This document shows, in pieces, positions 51,402-64,000 of a DNA stretch of 64,000 bases. Within the stretch, counting starts at the first letter, position 1. Each line of letters begins with the position of its first letter. Source of the DNA: Amoebidium appalachense (lineage: Eukaryota > Protista > Ichthyosporea); assembly GCA_963693365.1 (NCBI GenBank), contig CAVNZM010000009.1, positions 824,963 to 888,962 of the forward strand, read 5' to 3'. The position numbers and the translations under genes are program-made. A model generated the notes under the pieces. The model did no database searches, had not been told where the DNA came from, and worked only from the letters and a program-made list of their open reading frames with translations.

Positions 51402-51805
51402 GGAGAGAGAGACGAGAGAGGGGGAGAGAGAGAGACAGAGAGAGACAGAGAGAGAGACAGAGAGACAGAGAGACAGAGAGACAGAGAGAGAGAGAGAGAG
51501 AAAGGGAGAAACACAGAGAGAGAGACAGGAAGAGAGGGATGGATACACATGCTCAGGTCCCCCCTCCCCTCCCCCCCTCCCCCCCCCCCCTACCCCCCTC
51601 CCCAGGCCAACTGGCAAACATCGTCCATCATCACTCCAACAGACACACTCCATGGCCCTCACACAGAAAAGAAAAATGCTCCGTGGCTTATCCCAGAGTA
51701 TATGGGGGCTATATTAGTGTGTGTACTTTCGTCTTTGGTTGGGTGGGTGGGTTGCTGTTTATTATTTCTTTTTTTTTGTGGGTTTACGTGTGTCTGTGTG
51801 TCTGT

Positions 51806-51839
<34 letters not shown>

Positions 51840-51964
51840 TGACAACGCATTCTAATGAAAACGGGGGGAGGAGGTGGAGGGGGCGAGGGGGGGCAGAAGG
51901 GGAGGAGATCAGGGGACGAGGGATAAGAGGATGGGGGTTTCTTCTCTCTTCTCTCTCTTTTTCT

Positions 51965-52082
<118 letters not shown>

Positions 52083-52114
52083 GTCCCTCCCCTCTCCCCC
52101 CCCCCCCCCCCCCC

Positions 52115-52179
<65 letters not shown>

Positions 52180-52436
52180 TATTTATATATATCTATTATC
52201 AGAAGAGACTCTCCCAGTCTTAAGACGGACTCCGGGAGCAAGAGTTATTAAGCTTTAGAAAAGAAAAGAAGAAGAAATGAGAGAGAAAAATTGTAAAAGG
52301 ACAAACACACACACACACAGATTGTGAAACCGTTGAAAGAACCAAACATAATAAACATGACAATAAGGACCGTTAGCCTACAACAAATCTACACGTACAC
52401 ATCTGCATGCACAACCAGTGCACTGCCGGACTACGG

Positions 52437-53069
52437 GATACATAGATAGACGCGACACCATAAATGTATATGGCGATCTACCAATGAAACTGTCGCGTTC
52501 GCGTATTATCAAATTTGGAAGATTTGGAATAGTCAGGGTTCGAACTTTGCCTGTGGCTCTGGAATCTTGCATTGCATATTTTTGCCAGGCGTTTTAAAAG
52601 CTGCATACCAAAGAAGTCTGACCACCAATCGTCAGACCTCCTTTTGATGACGACTGTTGGGTCTCCCAAAACTCCTGCTGCTAAATACATGATTGTATTA
52701 CGATATCTTCTCATGCCCAGTCGCAGTGAGCAATAACAAATAATAACAAGGCAAATTTCGCAGTTGCAGATGACGTTAACGTTATCGTACCCACGGCTTA
52801 TATAAAACTGTGATATGCTGAGCAGCGCCGGGCGAGGGCCACTGACGGCCGGACAGTATGTATGTAGTATTTTTCTCAATATACACCCAAGCTCACAAGC
52901 TAAACTTTTGAATTGCCGTTAGCCACGGGATAGGTTTTTTAAACAAGAATTTCTAAGTTGAGAAACTCCGAGTGTCTCTTACGTAAAGCTGCGCCTTGTC
53001 CCGGTGAAAAAGAAAAATAAAAGAAGAATAAAACCTGCCCTCAAAAAGCCGTCTGTATGACATACGGCC
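52437..53069 (-). repeat. ~630-bp interspersed element (copy 2, inverted relative to 31345-32097)
   Basis: Reverse-complement match to 31345-32097. It contains a short reading frame ...LAAGVLGDPTVVIKRRSDDWWSDFFGMQLLKRLAKICNARFQSHRQ... of unknown origin. Confidence 0.9.
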
Positions 53070-53892
53070 TTGGCCGCCTACTTTTAACGGGCAGCATCTC
53101 CCTAAATTCTCTGCGTATATGCGCAACGCATGAGTTAGCAAATATTGCAAGATATAGTGTCGACTAAGTCATGCCGCCCAAGCAGGATTAAATACAAATG
53201 GACGACCTTCATATATATTATAAAAAGTAATATTGTTTTATTACTGTAAATGTTGTTGAGACTACATTCTATAAAAAAATGTTATCCACATAAATGTGGA
53301 AAATGGAAGACTGAAATTGCGTCAATTCTATCAAACACCCAACAAAAGAGAGTTGTGGGGGTTAGGCAGGCAAAGTAGCTAGACCAATCAGAAGCCGGTA
53401 TTCGTCTTTCCTCTTTGTTTTCTTCCGAGCCAGTTTTGTGCCAGTAACAGACACAACGTTATTTATAAACAGGAAATATATATACATATATATATATTAA
53501 GAAATGCTGTTAGTTATCTACACCTGCACTTAATCAAACAATGTCAAAGAATCTATGTATAGTAACGTTAATACCAAATGTTTTCTTTCCTGAGATGACT
53601 CGGACGTCGACGGGTACGACTCGATTCTAGCTCGATAGCACTTTCTAACTACGAGGAATTACATATCCGATGACACTAGTGTACTGGACAAACACTACAA
53701 CGTGCCTTTCGGCCTGAGTTTAGCCGTCAGACCACTTCACGCTGGTCCGTCAGTGAACGAAAACACGCCCCTGCCGTTTCGAACCATATCTTGTGTCACT
53801 CCTACGTCTCTCCCTCTCTGCTGTGGTCCACACTCTTCCCTTGTTCTTTAGCCCTCTTTCTTCAAAGAGGCTTCGAACTAGAGGGCACGAAA

Positions 53893-63814
<9,922 letters not shown>

Positions 63815-64000
63815 GCCACAGGAAAAAACAGCAAAAACTCCGCTGGATTTGTTGATAGAGTGGTTTGTCTTTATGGGATATAAAGTTGTGACCTTTTATG
63901 TGCCAGAACAGTTTTATATCTGGGGGCTTGGTATATCTGTGTGCTGCGGATCCCCCGTGTCCTTCCCATGGTCACAGATAGGGCAATAATATAAAAAGAT

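Overview
Intron-rich, microsatellite-rich eukaryotic DNA, tentatively a unicellular holozoan or similar protist (inference only). Most listed six-frame ORFs are artefacts of (CA)n, (GA)n and poly-C/G tracts. Five spliced genes can be assembled by hand with consistent exon phases. (1) mago nashi, minus strand, 185-6510. (2) GDP-forming succinyl-CoA ligase beta subunit, minus strand, 7884-10528. (3) A ~1,570-1,590 aa secreted mosaic protein, minus strand, 14668-30739: signal peptide, WSC, beta-trefoil-like, aerolysin/ETX-MTX2-like pore-forming domain, 2x EGF, ~390 aa unknown region, 4x F-type lectin. (4) An ~854 aa Erf4/CHIC-like protein with five C1 zinc fingers and no catalytic domain, plus strand, 34058-47582. 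(5) An ~877 aa secreted protein built from an unrecognised ~90-aa cysteine repeat, plus strand, 53893-63814. Non-coding highlights: ~15 copies of a repeat carrying hammerhead-ribozyme-like CTGANGA and CGAAAC motifs, with every intronic copy co-oriented with its host gene; a ~650-750 bp element upstream of both secreted-protein genes in the same relative orientation; two MITE families; and an intron grammar of poly-C after donors and (CA)n before acceptors. All gene models are manual and have no transcript support.
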